From positions 53,193,410 through 53,257,196 of the forward strand of contig JARDVH010000025.1 of the NCBI GenBank assembly GCA_030324005.1: a DNA stretch of 63,787 nucleotides. The letters run 5' to 3'. The DNA comes from Negaprion brevirostris. Taxonomy: Eukaryota. The position numbers were made by a program, and so were the translations under genes. Of this stretch, positions 37,030 to 48,175 are shown piece after piece; position 1 is the first letter of the stretch; every line of letters starts with the position of its first letter. A model generated the notes under the pieces. That model was not told where the DNA came from. It made no database searches and worked only from the letters and a program-made list of their open reading frames with translations.

Positions 37030-37600
37030 GAGAGCACAGCCAGAAGCATTCACATGTCTGCGCTGTGAATCACTGGGTGCACTCTTGTCTCTGAGTTCAA
37101 CACAGAATTTAGACTTTAGAGACTTAAGTGTAGCATTGAGGGATTACAGCACTACTGGCGATGTTGGGGGTTCGGTTAGTTCAGTTGGCTGTACGGCTGT
37201 TTTGTGATGCAGAATTACACCAACAATGTGGGTTCAATTCCATTCCTGAACCAAATGAAGGCCTGCCTTCTCAATCTTTCCCCTCATCTGAGGTGTGGTA
37301 ATCCACAGGTTAAATCACCACTAGTGACTTCTCCCCCTCAAAGTGGGACAGCACCACTTGGTCATTTACACATTCTCCCTGAGCCTGCGTGGGTTTCCTG
37401 CCACAGTCCAAAAATCTATGGTCATGTGTGACTATGGCGACTTGGTCTTTGTTCTTGTGATGTGATATTAAGTTGTGGTGGACTTTAAAAATCCCATGGG
37501 ACTATTTTAAAGAAGAAGAAGGAAGCTACAGAAGCTTCCTTAAACATTGACTGTACTTGAAATGTATTTCATTGGTTGTGAAAGCTATTATGAGTTTGGG
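37030..37600 (+). mobile_element. Decayed Deu-domain SINE with a family C SINE inserted
   Basis: gcactcttgtctctgagt...gtgtagcattgagggattacagcact before the insertion; ttaaaaatcccatgggactattttaaagaaga and ttcattggttgtgaa after it. Confidence 0.55.
37165..37443 (+). mobile_element. tRNA-derived SINE, family C
   Basis: ggttagttcagttggctg A-box region, gtgggttcaattcc B-box, 3' gactatggcgactt. Confidence 0.65.
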
Positions 37601-37937
37601 GCAAAATGAGATAAAAGGAAATTCCTTCTTTCTCAGAATGTTTTTAAAAATTCTGCATAAAATGCAAAGCATTCTGAAAAATTGATTTTGTGTGTGATAT
37701 GTTGGATGGAGGTGAAGGGACTCGTACAACTTCTGCTAACAGTCCACTTTGCATACAGTTGAAAAATTATTTTCCAGCTATGAAAACCACAAACTAACAG
37801 AACAAAGTTGGTTTTCAACTAGCTGTCAGGCTCTGTCAAGTAGTTTTATGTGCTGTTATGTCTTTTCAAAGCATTAAGATCAAGCACTGACTATCTTGTT
37901 GATCATGAGTGAGAAAAAACACTCCTAATTTACAGAA

Positions 37938-38165
37938 TGATTTGATTTATTATTGTCACATATATTCGCATACAGTGAGAAGTATTGTTTCTTGCATGCT
38001 ATACAGACAAAGCATTCCATTCATGGAGAAGGAAACGGGAGAGTGCAAAATGTAGTATTACAGTCATAGCTAGGCTGTAAATAAAAATCAAGTTAATGCA
38101 AGGTAAGTCCATTCAAAAGTCTGACAGCAGCAACAGGGTAGAAGCTGTTCTTGAGTCAGTTGGTC
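37938..38165 (-). mobile_element. Rex1/Babar-like LINE 3' end
   Basis: tgatttgatttattattgtcacatata is the reverse complement of the 3' end at 35445-35483. Confidence 0.8.
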
Positions 38166-38324
38166 ATTTGAGTCACAGATGCACTGCACTCACAAATTAT
38201 TTTATTTTGGTTTCTTTTGATCTCATGACCCAAATAGCAGATACATATTTAAAGTGTAGAATCCCAATATAGTGAAAAATTTCTCAAACATAGAATTCAT
38301 GATCCATGCATGCTACTTATGTCA

Positions 38325-38560
38325 TAATATCTGTGTGGGGTTTACACATTCTCTTCGTGTCTGCATGAGTTTCCTTCGGGTGCTCTGGTTTCCTCACACA
38401 CTCCAAAAATGTACAGGTTAGGTTGATTGGCCATGCTTTATTTTCTGGAGGATTAGCAGGGTAAATACGTGGGGTTACAAGGAGAGGGTCTAAGTGGGAT
38501 TATTGTTGGTGCAGGCTTGGTGGGCCATATGGCCTCCTTCTGTTATATAGAGATTCTATG
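38325..38560 (+). mobile_element. HE1-like V-SINE, 5'-truncated
   Basis: V-domain and ggcctccttctg...gattctatg tail. Confidence 0.85.
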
Positions 38561-39339
38561 AAATGAAATATTTTAAAAATCAGCTACAATTGAGTTATAG
38601 AATGAATGATGAAATAGGTTGAAATATCTTGAACCTTGCCTAGATGCGCATCAAGGTTCAGCTATAGCTACAATTAAACTACACGACTACAAGAGAGAAA
38701 CGGCTTTATTAAAGCCAAGAAGTGGAAGAATAATTATCAAAATTAGATCATCATTCGCAAATGGAATGATGCTCAGGAAGGAGTGATTGCAGGTGTGTTT
38801 GTGAACTCTGCTCTGAGCATTTGTCTCTTTTTGGTCTTTCTTGTTAAGTGTAATTATATTCCGTTTTCCCACAGGGTAGTCACTAATCAATTGTTGGTTT
38901 GAGATACATTCCACTGTATTCTTATGTATAAAATAAGCTTATGGTAACATGCCCAAGTCACAGTATTAATGCTTCTGTTTCAAAAACCGGTTTGTGGTTT
39001 ACTAATTTTACTGATTAAGCATTTCCACTTGCAGTTTGAAATAAGAGCGTGATAGATCAGTCCTCCATACATTAAGGCTTAAAGAATGAATTCCACCATT
39101 AATAACCTACTAAAATCGATCAGCCACAGAGAATGATAATTAGCATTCCTTTATTTCCATGTTCCTGTGTAAAAAAAAATGAATTATGTGTTTAAGTAGT
39201 AAGTAATGATCATTGGTGTCTTTGAGTTGCTGAGCCTGACTACAGGGGTCTGCTGAATTAGTATCTGCAAAGACACTCTCAGACCTCACTAGTAGCTGAC
39301 CTCATAGCAGTTGTAAGAGAATGGGTTGGGGATGTGATG

Positions 39340-39815
39340 GGTTTTATGCCTTGAATGGCAGGTGGAGCAAGAAAGAAGGTGAAGGATAGTGCTGGTGGGT
39401 GCAGGATGTTAAATGACAAAAGATGCCATGGTACGCAAAAAAAAGGGAGTGGTAATAAAAGTATTAAAGACACAAAGCATTGATCCGGAGTAGGCGTTAA
39501 GGGCAGAATTAAGGTCAACACTGTCTGAAAGTAAAATAGCAGCATGTGTTGATAGCAGAATAAAGGTCAGCACTGGCTGAAAGCAAAAATATGAGAACAA
39601 AATACAGACTGGCACTTGAGAACAAAGTACTGCAGATACTAGAAATTTTAAAATGCTGGAAATGTTCAGCAGGTCCAGCAGCAACTGTGGAGAGAGAATC
39701 AGATTCAATGCTTCAGGTACATTGATCTGCACCAGTTCTGATGAAAGGTCAATGACCTCTGTTTCTATCTGCACAGATGCTGTTGAACGTGCTGAGCATT
39801 TCCAACACTTCCTGG
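39340..39815. mobile_element. Penelope-like terminal repeat relic, inverted arrangement
   Basis: aaatgctggaaatgttcagcaggtccagcagcaactgtggagagagaa versus ttctatctgcacagatgctgttgaacgtgctgagcatttccaacact; central ctgatgaaaggtcaatgacct. Confidence 0.7.
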
Positions 39816-39821
39816 GACAAA

Positions 39822-40445
39822 AATATGAACATGTAAACAAGGAGCAGTGGGTCATTCAGCCTCTTGAGCTGCATCATCATTTAATAATATCATGCCAAAG
39901 TGGCACTAACCTTCATTCAACATCCCACCTACCCTCCAGTAACATGTCAGCCCCTTCCTTATCAAGGATCTATCCACTTATGCCTTAAAATTTTAAAAGA
40001 CTGTTTCCACCACTTTTTAAGGAAGGAAGTTCAAAAGACTCATGACTCATTAAATGAGAACATTTTGCCTCATCTCCATTTTAAATGGGTGACCCCTAAT
40101 TCTAGATTCTCCCATATCCTCTCTACATCCACCCTGTCAAGACCCCTCAGGATTTATAAATTTCAAACAAGTTGCCTCTTACTGTCCTAGCCTCCATTTG
40201 ATATAAGCCTAATCTGTCTAACCTTTCTTTATAAGATAATGCACCCATTCCAGTAAACTTTCTCTGAGCTGCTACCAACACATTTACACCTTTCCTTAAA
40301 TAAGGTGAACAATACTGTACACAGTACTTTAAATGCGATCTCACTCATGTCCTGTACAACAGAAGCATAACCTCTCTACTTTTAGATTCAATTCCCCTTT
40401 CAATAACCAATAATATTGTTAGTTTTCCTAATTACTTGTTGCACT
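39822..40445 (-). mobile_element. CR1 LINE 3' fragment
   Basis: RSHLKYCVQYCSPYLRKGVNVLVAAQRKFTG..LSYKERLDRLGLY. Confidence 0.88.
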
Positions 40446-40452
40446 TGCATAC

Positions 40453-40747
40453 AGGTGGCACAGTAGTGCAATGGTTAGCACTGCTGCTTCTCAGCAATAG
40501 GGACCCAAGTTCAATTCTGACCTCATGTGTCTGTCCATGTGGAGCTTGCATGTTTTCCTTATGTCTGCAGGGTTTCCTCCATATGCTCCAGTTTCCTCTC
40601 ACAGTCCAAAGATGTGGGGTTAGGTTGATAAGCCATGCTAAATTGATCTTTAGTGTCAGGGGGATTTGCAGGGCAAATACATGGGGTTACAGGGAGAGGG
40701 CCTGAGTAGAACTGTTGTCAGTGCAGGTTCGATGGGCTGAATGGCCC
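40453..40747 (+). mobile_element. HE1-like V-SINE
   Basis: ggtggcacagtagtgcaatggttagcactgctgc head, V-domain, gatgggctgaatggcc tail. Confidence 0.88.
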
Positions 40748-41394
40748 AAAGCATTTCTGATGTGCATCCTCATTGCCTGAGCTGTGTATGAGTTCTGCAT
40801 GCTCCAGCCACCTGGCCAAATCCAGGAGAGGGAAATTCATTGGCACCTGGTGTGCCTGTCGGGTAGGTTTCCCTGGATGCAGCCAATTAGGATTCTGTGG
40901 CCGAGAGCTCTGTTGAATTGGAGACAGTGGCTAAGTTTCAGAGATGGGGACGTGCTTTCAGTGCAGCCTGTTCATAGGGCCATGTGCCACCTGAGCAGAG
41001 ATGTGGTGCTGCTGATAAAACAAAGGCTGAGAGTTGAGGCTGGGGCCTGGGGCCTCTCAGGAGTATTTATGTACCTGTTGTATTCTCCTGTCCTGGCCCT
41101 TGTGTTTCACAGTAATGAGCTACGTAATTCTCCCAAGCCATTTCTCAATGATATCATCAATTTTTTAATTTTTAAATTAAAAATTTGCCAAAGAGTTAAC
41201 AGTAATAGAAGCAAACAGTAATAATGCTTAACATTAACCTCAATTCTCTGCAGCTGATTTTCATCCTAATTGGTTGCAGCTAGGGAGACCTACCCAACAG
41301 GCACACCAGGTGTCAGTGCATTCCCCTCTCCTGGATTTGGCCAGGCGGCTAGAGCATGCACACACAGCTCAGGCAATGAAGATGCAAATCGGAA

Positions 41395-41678
41395 ATACTT
41401 TGGGCCGTTCAGCCTATCGAGCCTGCACTGACAACAATTCCACCCAGGCCCTCTCCCTATAACCCCACTTATTTACCCTGAAATCCCCCGACACTAAAGG
41501 TCAATTTACCGTGGTCAATCAACCCAACCGCACATCTTTGGACCGTGAGACGAAACTGGAGCACCCAAAGGAAACCCATGCAGACATGGGGAGAAGGTGC
41601 ACTCTCACATAGACAGATGCATGGGGCCAGAATTGAACTCGGGTCCCTGCTGCTGTGAGGCAGTGCTAGCCATTGTGT
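41395..41678 (-). mobile_element. HE1-like V-SINE
   Basis: Reverse-strand head gggtccctgctgctgtgaggcag and V-domain. Confidence 0.85.
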
Positions 41679-42491
41679 AATAGGAAAGCTAAAAATGGAG
41701 TGAGACCCTTTGGCCCATCATGTTCACGGCAGCCATCAAGCACCTATATATTCTAATCCCATTTGGCCCATAGCCTCGTAAACTATGGCATTTGAAGTGT
41801 TCATCTAAATACTTCTTAAATGTTCTGAAGGTTCCCACTTCCACCACCTGTAAAGAGACTGAGTTCCAGATTCCTACCACCCTCTGGGTGAAAAGCTTTT
41901 CCTCACATCTTCTATAAAGTTCCTGCCCCTTAACTTAAATCTCTGCCATCTGGTTATTGGACCTTCTGCTAAGAGGAACGGTTCCTTCCTATCCACCCTA
42001 TCCATGCCACTCATAATTTTATACACTTAAATCAGGTCCCCCCTCAGCCTTCTCTGCTCCAAGGAAAACAACCGCAGCTTATCCAGTTTCTCTTGATAGC
42101 TGAAATGCCCCAGCCCAGGCAACATCCTGGTGAATCTCCCCTGCACCTTCTCTAGTGCAATCACTTCTTTCCTATAGTGTGGCAAACAGAACTGCACCCA
42201 GTACTCCAGCTGTGGTCTTACCAGCATTTTATGCAGCTCCATCATTAGCTCCCTGCTTTTATATTCAAAGCCTTGGTAAAAGGCAAGTATCCCATGCACT
42301 TTTGTAACCACCTTATCTACATGTCCAGCTGTCTTCAGAACTCTATGGACATACTCACAAAGGCTTCTCTGATCTCTGTACTTCTCAGGTCCGACCATTC
42401 ATTTTATATTGCCTTGCCTTGTTAGCCCTCCTAAAATGCATTATGTCACACTTTTCATGGTTAAATTCCATTCACCACTGTTCTGTCCATT

Positions 42492-42769
42492 TAGAATCAT
42501 AGAATCCCCACAGGGTAGAAGGAGGTCATTTGACCCATTGAGACTGAACCGACAACAATGCTACTTAGTTTCTATCCCCATAACTCCCCTGACACTAAAG
42601 GGGAATTTAGCTTAGCCACTTGGCCTAAACCGCACATCTTTAGACTTTGGGGGGAAACAAGAGCATCTGGAGGAAACACACGCAGGGAGAAGGTGCAAAC
42701 TCCACACAGACAGTTGCTCAAGCCCAGAATTGAACCTGAGTTCCTGGCATTGTGCCAATGTGCCGTCCC
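42492..42769 (-). mobile_element. HE1-like V-SINE nested in CR1
   Basis: tagaatcatagaatcc tail and V-domain. Confidence 0.85.
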
Positions 42770-42866
42770 ATCTATATTATCCTGTAATCTAAGGCTTTTC
42801 TTCTCACTGTTTTCCACAGAACCAATTTTTTGTGTCATCAGTGAACTTACCTATCATACCTTCTTG

Positions 42867-43177
42867 GGGTGCCATGGTGACTCAGTGGTTAGCACTGCTG
42901 CTTCACAGCGCCAGGGACCTGGGTACAATTTTGATCTTAGGTCACTGACTTTGTGGAATTTGTGCACTGTCTCTGCGTCTGCATAGGTTTCCGCCGGGTG
43001 CTCTGGTTTCCTCCCTCAGTTCAAAGATTGTGGGTTAGGTTGATTGGCCATACTAGTGTTAGGGGATTAGCAGGGTAAATATATGAGGTTATGGGAATAG
43101 GGCCTGGGTGGAGTTGTGGTAGGTGCAGACTCAATGTGTCAAATCGCCTCCTTGTGCACTGGAGGAATTCTATTCTA
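42867..43177 (+). mobile_element. HE1-like V-SINE nested in CR1
   Basis: cagtggttagcactgctgcttcacagcgccagggacc head and ttctattcta tail. Confidence 0.88.
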
Positions 43178-44097
43178 CATTCACATCCAGATCATTAATG
43201 CACACTACAAACAAGGGACCCAACTTTGATCCCTGTGGAACAGAACTCAACACAGGCTTCCAGTCACAAGACAACCTTTGACCATCACCTTCTGCCTCCT
43301 ACCACTAAGCCAATTTTGGATCCAGTTTGCCAAATTACTCTGGATCCCATGGGCTCTGGCCTTCGTCATCAGCCTCCCATTGACTCAGAAAACCTGATGC
43401 CAATACAGCACACATTTTTGATGCACTGTTTTAGTTTTCAATAAATATTAAGAATCGTGTGACAGATTTTAATTTTTTGTCATTTTACTCAAATTAAAAC
43501 AGAACATCACCTGAAGCAACAAGGCAATATATTTAGTGCTATAGTGCTGGACACCAAGCAAGATGAAGCAAGTGGAGGCAGGAAGATAGAATAACTCAAT
43601 AATTTGACATTGGGCAGAAGGAACATTTCTTATTCCTTCCACATTACGAAAGCACAAAGTAAAAGGAGATAGAACTATGGTTTGCAATCATAAATAAACT
43701 CAGAACAAGAGAGTGCTTGAAAATGTTCATTTTGTTGAATTGACAGTAAGGGCTATATCTCATCCTACCACAAGCATCTCAATTACTTTTGTCTATCCTA
43801 TCTGTTGATGGTGGAATTGTAATAACAAGTATTTTAAAGATTTTAGTTTGCAGCTTGACTTTCCTTGTCTGCCATTTGTCTTAAAATCAGTTTCAAGATA
43901 GGATTCAGAATTTTATTCCAAACTGCCAGTACAGAGATTTAAAATTATTCTGCTGACACATCAGCCCGATTCTAATTTTTTTTGGAAACAGAAAATATGC
44001 AGTTTGATTCAAGATAAAATGATCAGTTCTATAGAATATATTTACAACTATAGGATCAGCATTTTTTGCATTGATATATTTATTCCTCAGTCTCCAT

Positions 44098-44317
44098 AGC
44101 ACTGCTGCCTCACAGTGCCAGCGACCCAGGTTCAATTACTGGCTTCAGTCACTGTCTGTGAAGAGTCTGCATGTTCTCCCCATGTCTGCATGGATTTCCT
44201 CCGGGTGCTCTGGTTTCATCCTACAGTCTGAAAGAAGCGGTTACTGTGCGATTTTCACGGGAACCACATTGCAGTGTTAACGTAAGCCTCTTTGTGACAC
44301 TGACAAATAAACTAAAG
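44098..44317 (+). mobile_element. V-domain SINE, tail type 2
   Basis: agcactgctgcctcacagtgccag head and gcagtgttaacgtaagcc...gtgacactgacaaataaac tail. Confidence 0.85.
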
Positions 44318-47024
44318 TAATTCCTTCACTGCTGTATCCTATCACCATTCCCCTTCCTTTAGCTGAAAAAGCAAGTCAGCCACAAAGCTCATAGGCCACT
44401 TGTCACTTTGAGCTTTTGCTACTTGGGAGCGGAACTGACTCTGCCAGTTTGCAGACTTATGTCATTGTACAGGTTAGAACTGGCTCAATAGAGGTTGAAG
44501 ATTATTTAAGCACACCTGTCTAGTGATTTAGGCATTCAGCACAAATCTTACACGTTTGTTGGAATGCCTNNNNNNNNNNNNNNNNNNNNNNNNNNNNNNN
44601 NNNNNNNNNNNNNNNNNNNNNNNNNNNNNNNNNNNNNNNNNNNNNNNNNNNNNNNNNNNNNNNNNNNNNNNNNNNNNNNNNNNNNNNNNNNNNNNNNNNN
44701 NNNNNNNNNNNNNNNNNNNNNNNNNNNNNCAAACGAGTGCTTCAGTTCAGTCATTAATCATTGTCACTTGCGGTTTCCGATCTGCTAATGAAAACCTTCA
44801 GTGCACACAGGGAAGGTAAGTTCACATGAACATGCATATTATCTGAAGCTATGCATTGGATTTTTACCATGCATATTACAGTTACGTTTTTTCCTAATGT
44901 GTGCAAACATTATACTTGTAATTTTTCCAGCAGTATTGGCCCCGGTTTTCTTTCCCAGAAAATCACAAGGACTTCTCATTCCTCTTTTGTTTTCCCAAAT
45001 ACTGACAGTATACTGGAATTGGCAACTACCAGGCAAACCTGTTGTATATGCAACATTAATCAGTCACTACAGCACTGGAGGTCTTGTATCTGATTTGTCT
45101 CTTGGATCCCTCAAGACTTGTGACAAATCAGCATTAGCCTTTTTCTTTCAGTTTTGGGTAGCCCTGTGAAGCAAAGTCTGGGTTGCTCTCTGGAGTTCAC
45201 TCACATCTGCCTGTATGCACACTACAGTCCCTAGGAAAGGCAGACAGCGAGGCAGAGCAACCAACTGGGTTTATTAATGTAGGTTTGAATAATTCAAATC
45301 TCATTTGAAAATTAAGAAAGATATGAAATGGAATGTGGGCCTGAGATGTCTTTATACAGAGTAATTAATATTTATGCACAAATCCATTGGGAATACATTT
45401 TGTTTATCTGACTTTTAAATGTTATGTTGTTATAGTATCAGTGAATCCTTATCCAAAGTGTGTTTATAGATTAAAAGATGGGAGAAAGAAATGAGAGGAT
45501 AAATATATCATGGATATAAACTCCTGTAAATGTGATCAATTCAATTATACATATCAACTGGAATTCTTCAAATAATTTTGCATGTTGTATTTTTTATGCA
45601 GAATATGTAAAAATATGTCTGTAGATAAAGGGTATATATATGTTAAAATCAATCGTCTGTTTTCTTCTGAGTTGGTTGCTACTCAAAACAAACCATTCCT
45701 TTTCACATGTGGCTGAATCTTTTAAATGGCAAAGTATAACATGTTTGAAGGGGATGGTAGGTAATGTAGGCAATAATGAAAAAAACTAACCATTTGGGGA
45801 GAAGGGTGGTGACTGTGGAGGATTCTGGTTTCCTATGAGCTGGGTGCTTTGTGCTTTACTTGGGTGGATGGAAATCATAACGGTATGAGCAAAGAACCAC
45901 TAGTGACAGCAATGTGATTTATGAGAATTGGTTTGAGGTATATGCAGACAAACTTTGTGAAAGGGTGGGGAAAAGCAGATGTGATATCATTAGGGAGGGT
46001 AAGGTAACTGAATAAATACCAGCACTGAAAAATTTTGAGATGCAGCAATGTAATTTTCAAATCAGTGATCTAAGCATTTGAGAAATCACAACAAATAGTG
46101 ATTTGTACACTCTGCAAGTTTGGTAGCTTGTACAAGTTACTTAACTTCCTCTTGCCCATATCCCACCCAATCCTTCTTTCCAATTCCCGAATCTCTGCCT
46201 AGATCAGCAATACTCGAGCTGCAAGAAACAACAGAAGAAAAGGGCTTCACATATGCAGCCTAGTGGGAATCTGTGACAGGTAGCTTAAGGGAGTAAGCTG
46301 AGCAAGTACACTTGTGTTTATATAAGCATTCCATTGCGTCAATTATATTTTGTATTCCACAGATTTAACATCAAAATATTGAATGGCCTGAAAAAATTGT
46401 ATACCATTTTTTTCCAGGTTAGTTCCTTTGGCACAATATCCAACCACATAACATGGTGCTTAAAATGATGACCACGAACATTTTCGAAGAAACGCACGTC
46501 GACCTGTGAGCTAATTTCCTCTCCCTCCCTCTAGATGAATGCGTCACTTCCTTTTGGCACCTCATGAGATTGTTCAGCTGAAAGCTGGAACTAACCCATA
46601 GGGAATTGCTGGGAATGTCCCTGTGTAATGGTGCTCTATAGCTTTATAAATACATGGAGTGACATCTTGAACAAGTAGAAGTAAAAGAACCTACATCGGG
46701 CTCCAATCCAGTGTAAATACTTGAATATTGCTACCTGGAGTTTCTGCCACTAATTCCAGCAAAGTTTGTCCCTCCATATTCATGGAAATTTCAAGCATCC
46801 ACTTGTTCTAAAAGGCCAGAGATTCCAATGAAGTCAGCTTACTTTAAAAGTAATGTGTCACAGAACCCCATCTGTGACGTGTGAAGCACCTCGGGAATTT
46901 TTCTACTTTATAAAAGCTCATTTAAATGCAAACTGCAGTTGTTAAATCAATAATCGCAGGTACAAGACTAGAATTAATGACTTGTAACCTCACAAAGGCT
47001 AAATCAAAGAAATCTGCGTGAAGA

Positions 47025-47380
47025 AAGCAAGAACTTGCCTTTATCTTGTTTCTTTTACGACTTCAAGATATCCAAAAGTGTTCTGAGTCACATAAAGTTC
47101 TTTTGCATTGCCATCACTGTCTAAAATGCAGCAATCCATTGAAGCAAAGTCCCACAAACAGCAATTAAATAAATTAACCAGTCGTTTATTTTATTTGTTG
47201 ACTGAGGAATAAATGCTTGAGCAGCACTGCAGGCTGGGAGAATCCCTGCTGACATCTCCCCATCACTGTAGCACCCTTTCAGTACTGGCGTGTCTATCTA
47301 TATTTTTTGCTTAAGTCTCTCATGTGAGGCTGAATCCATGACCTTCTGACTCAGAGGTGAAACTGCTATGACTTATCCAA
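47025..47380 (-). mobile_element. Deu-domain SINE, decayed
   Basis: Reverse-strand tail aacttgcctttat, core tcccacaaacagcaat...gttgactgaggaataaat, head gaccttctgactcagagg. Confidence 0.65.
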
Positions 47381-47404
47381 GACTGGCACTGCATTTGTAA
47401 ATAT

Positions 47405-47610
47405 CAGCTGGAATTCTCCAACCATGCCAGTGGAATTCTCCAGTCCTGTTGGCAGCAAACCCCCACTCACGGGTTTCCTGCTGGCATGGCATGACGTCAG
47501 TGGGAATTCACATTGACAACAGCGGGACCAGAGAATCCCGCCGCTAACAAACAACGTGCCATCTCCCACTAGCAGGAAAGACACGGCTAGGAGCCCGAAG
47601 AACCTTGCCC
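47405..47610. mobile_element. MITE
   Basis: cagctggaattctcc ... gaagaaccttgccc; internal gggaccagagaatcccgcc. Confidence 0.6.
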
Positions 47611-47676
47611 ATCATCTCAGTGTATTGTAGCAAGTGTACATTCAGTGTATTACACCAAGTAATTTGAACTAAGGCT

Positions 47677-47868
47677 TAGAATCATAGAACCCTACAGCGT
47701 AGAAAGAGGCCCTTTGGCCCATCGAGTCTGCACCAACTGCAATCCCACCCACTCCCTACCCCCATATCCCTACATATTTACCCACTAATCGCTCTAACCT
47801 AAGCATCCCAGGACACTAAGGGGCAATTTTAGCATGGCCAATCAACCTAACCCGCACATCTTTGGACT
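47677..47868 (-). mobile_element. HE1-like V-SINE 3' part
   Basis: tagaatcatagaaccctacag...ggcccatcgagtctgcacc; catggccaatcaacctaacccgcacatctttggact. Confidence 0.9.
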
Positions 47869-47925
47869 NNNNNNNNNNNNNNNNNNNNNNNNNNNNNNNN
47901 NNNNNNNNNNNNNNNNNNNNNNNNT

Positions 47926-48175
47926 TTTAAGCATTGACCCCCTAGTTCTAGATTCTTCCTCAAGAGAAAACCTTCTGTCCACATTCCAATCCTTCAAGAC
48001 CCCTCAGGATCTGTATGTTTCAGTCAAGTTGTCTCTTACTCTTTTAAACTCCAGAGGATACAAGCCTAGCCTGTCCAACCTTTCCTCATATGGCAACCCT
48101 TCCATTACAGGTATTAGTCTAGTAAACCTCTTCTGACTTGCTTGCAATGCATTTAGATCTGTCCTTAAATAAGCC
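47926..48175 (-). mobile_element. CR1 RT fragment
   Basis: YLRTDLNALQASQKRFTRLIPVMEGLPYEERLDRLGLYPLEFKRVRDNLTETY. Confidence 0.9.

Larger units (their letters stand above)
41690..43380 (-). mobile_element. CR1 LINE with two nested V-SINEs
   Basis: LHKMLVRPQLEYWVQFCLPHYRKEVIALEKVQGRFTRMLPGL...LFSLEQRRLRGDLI; RT sequence resumes at 42770-42866 and 43180-43380 (gatccctgtggaac = VPQGS). Confidence 0.92.
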
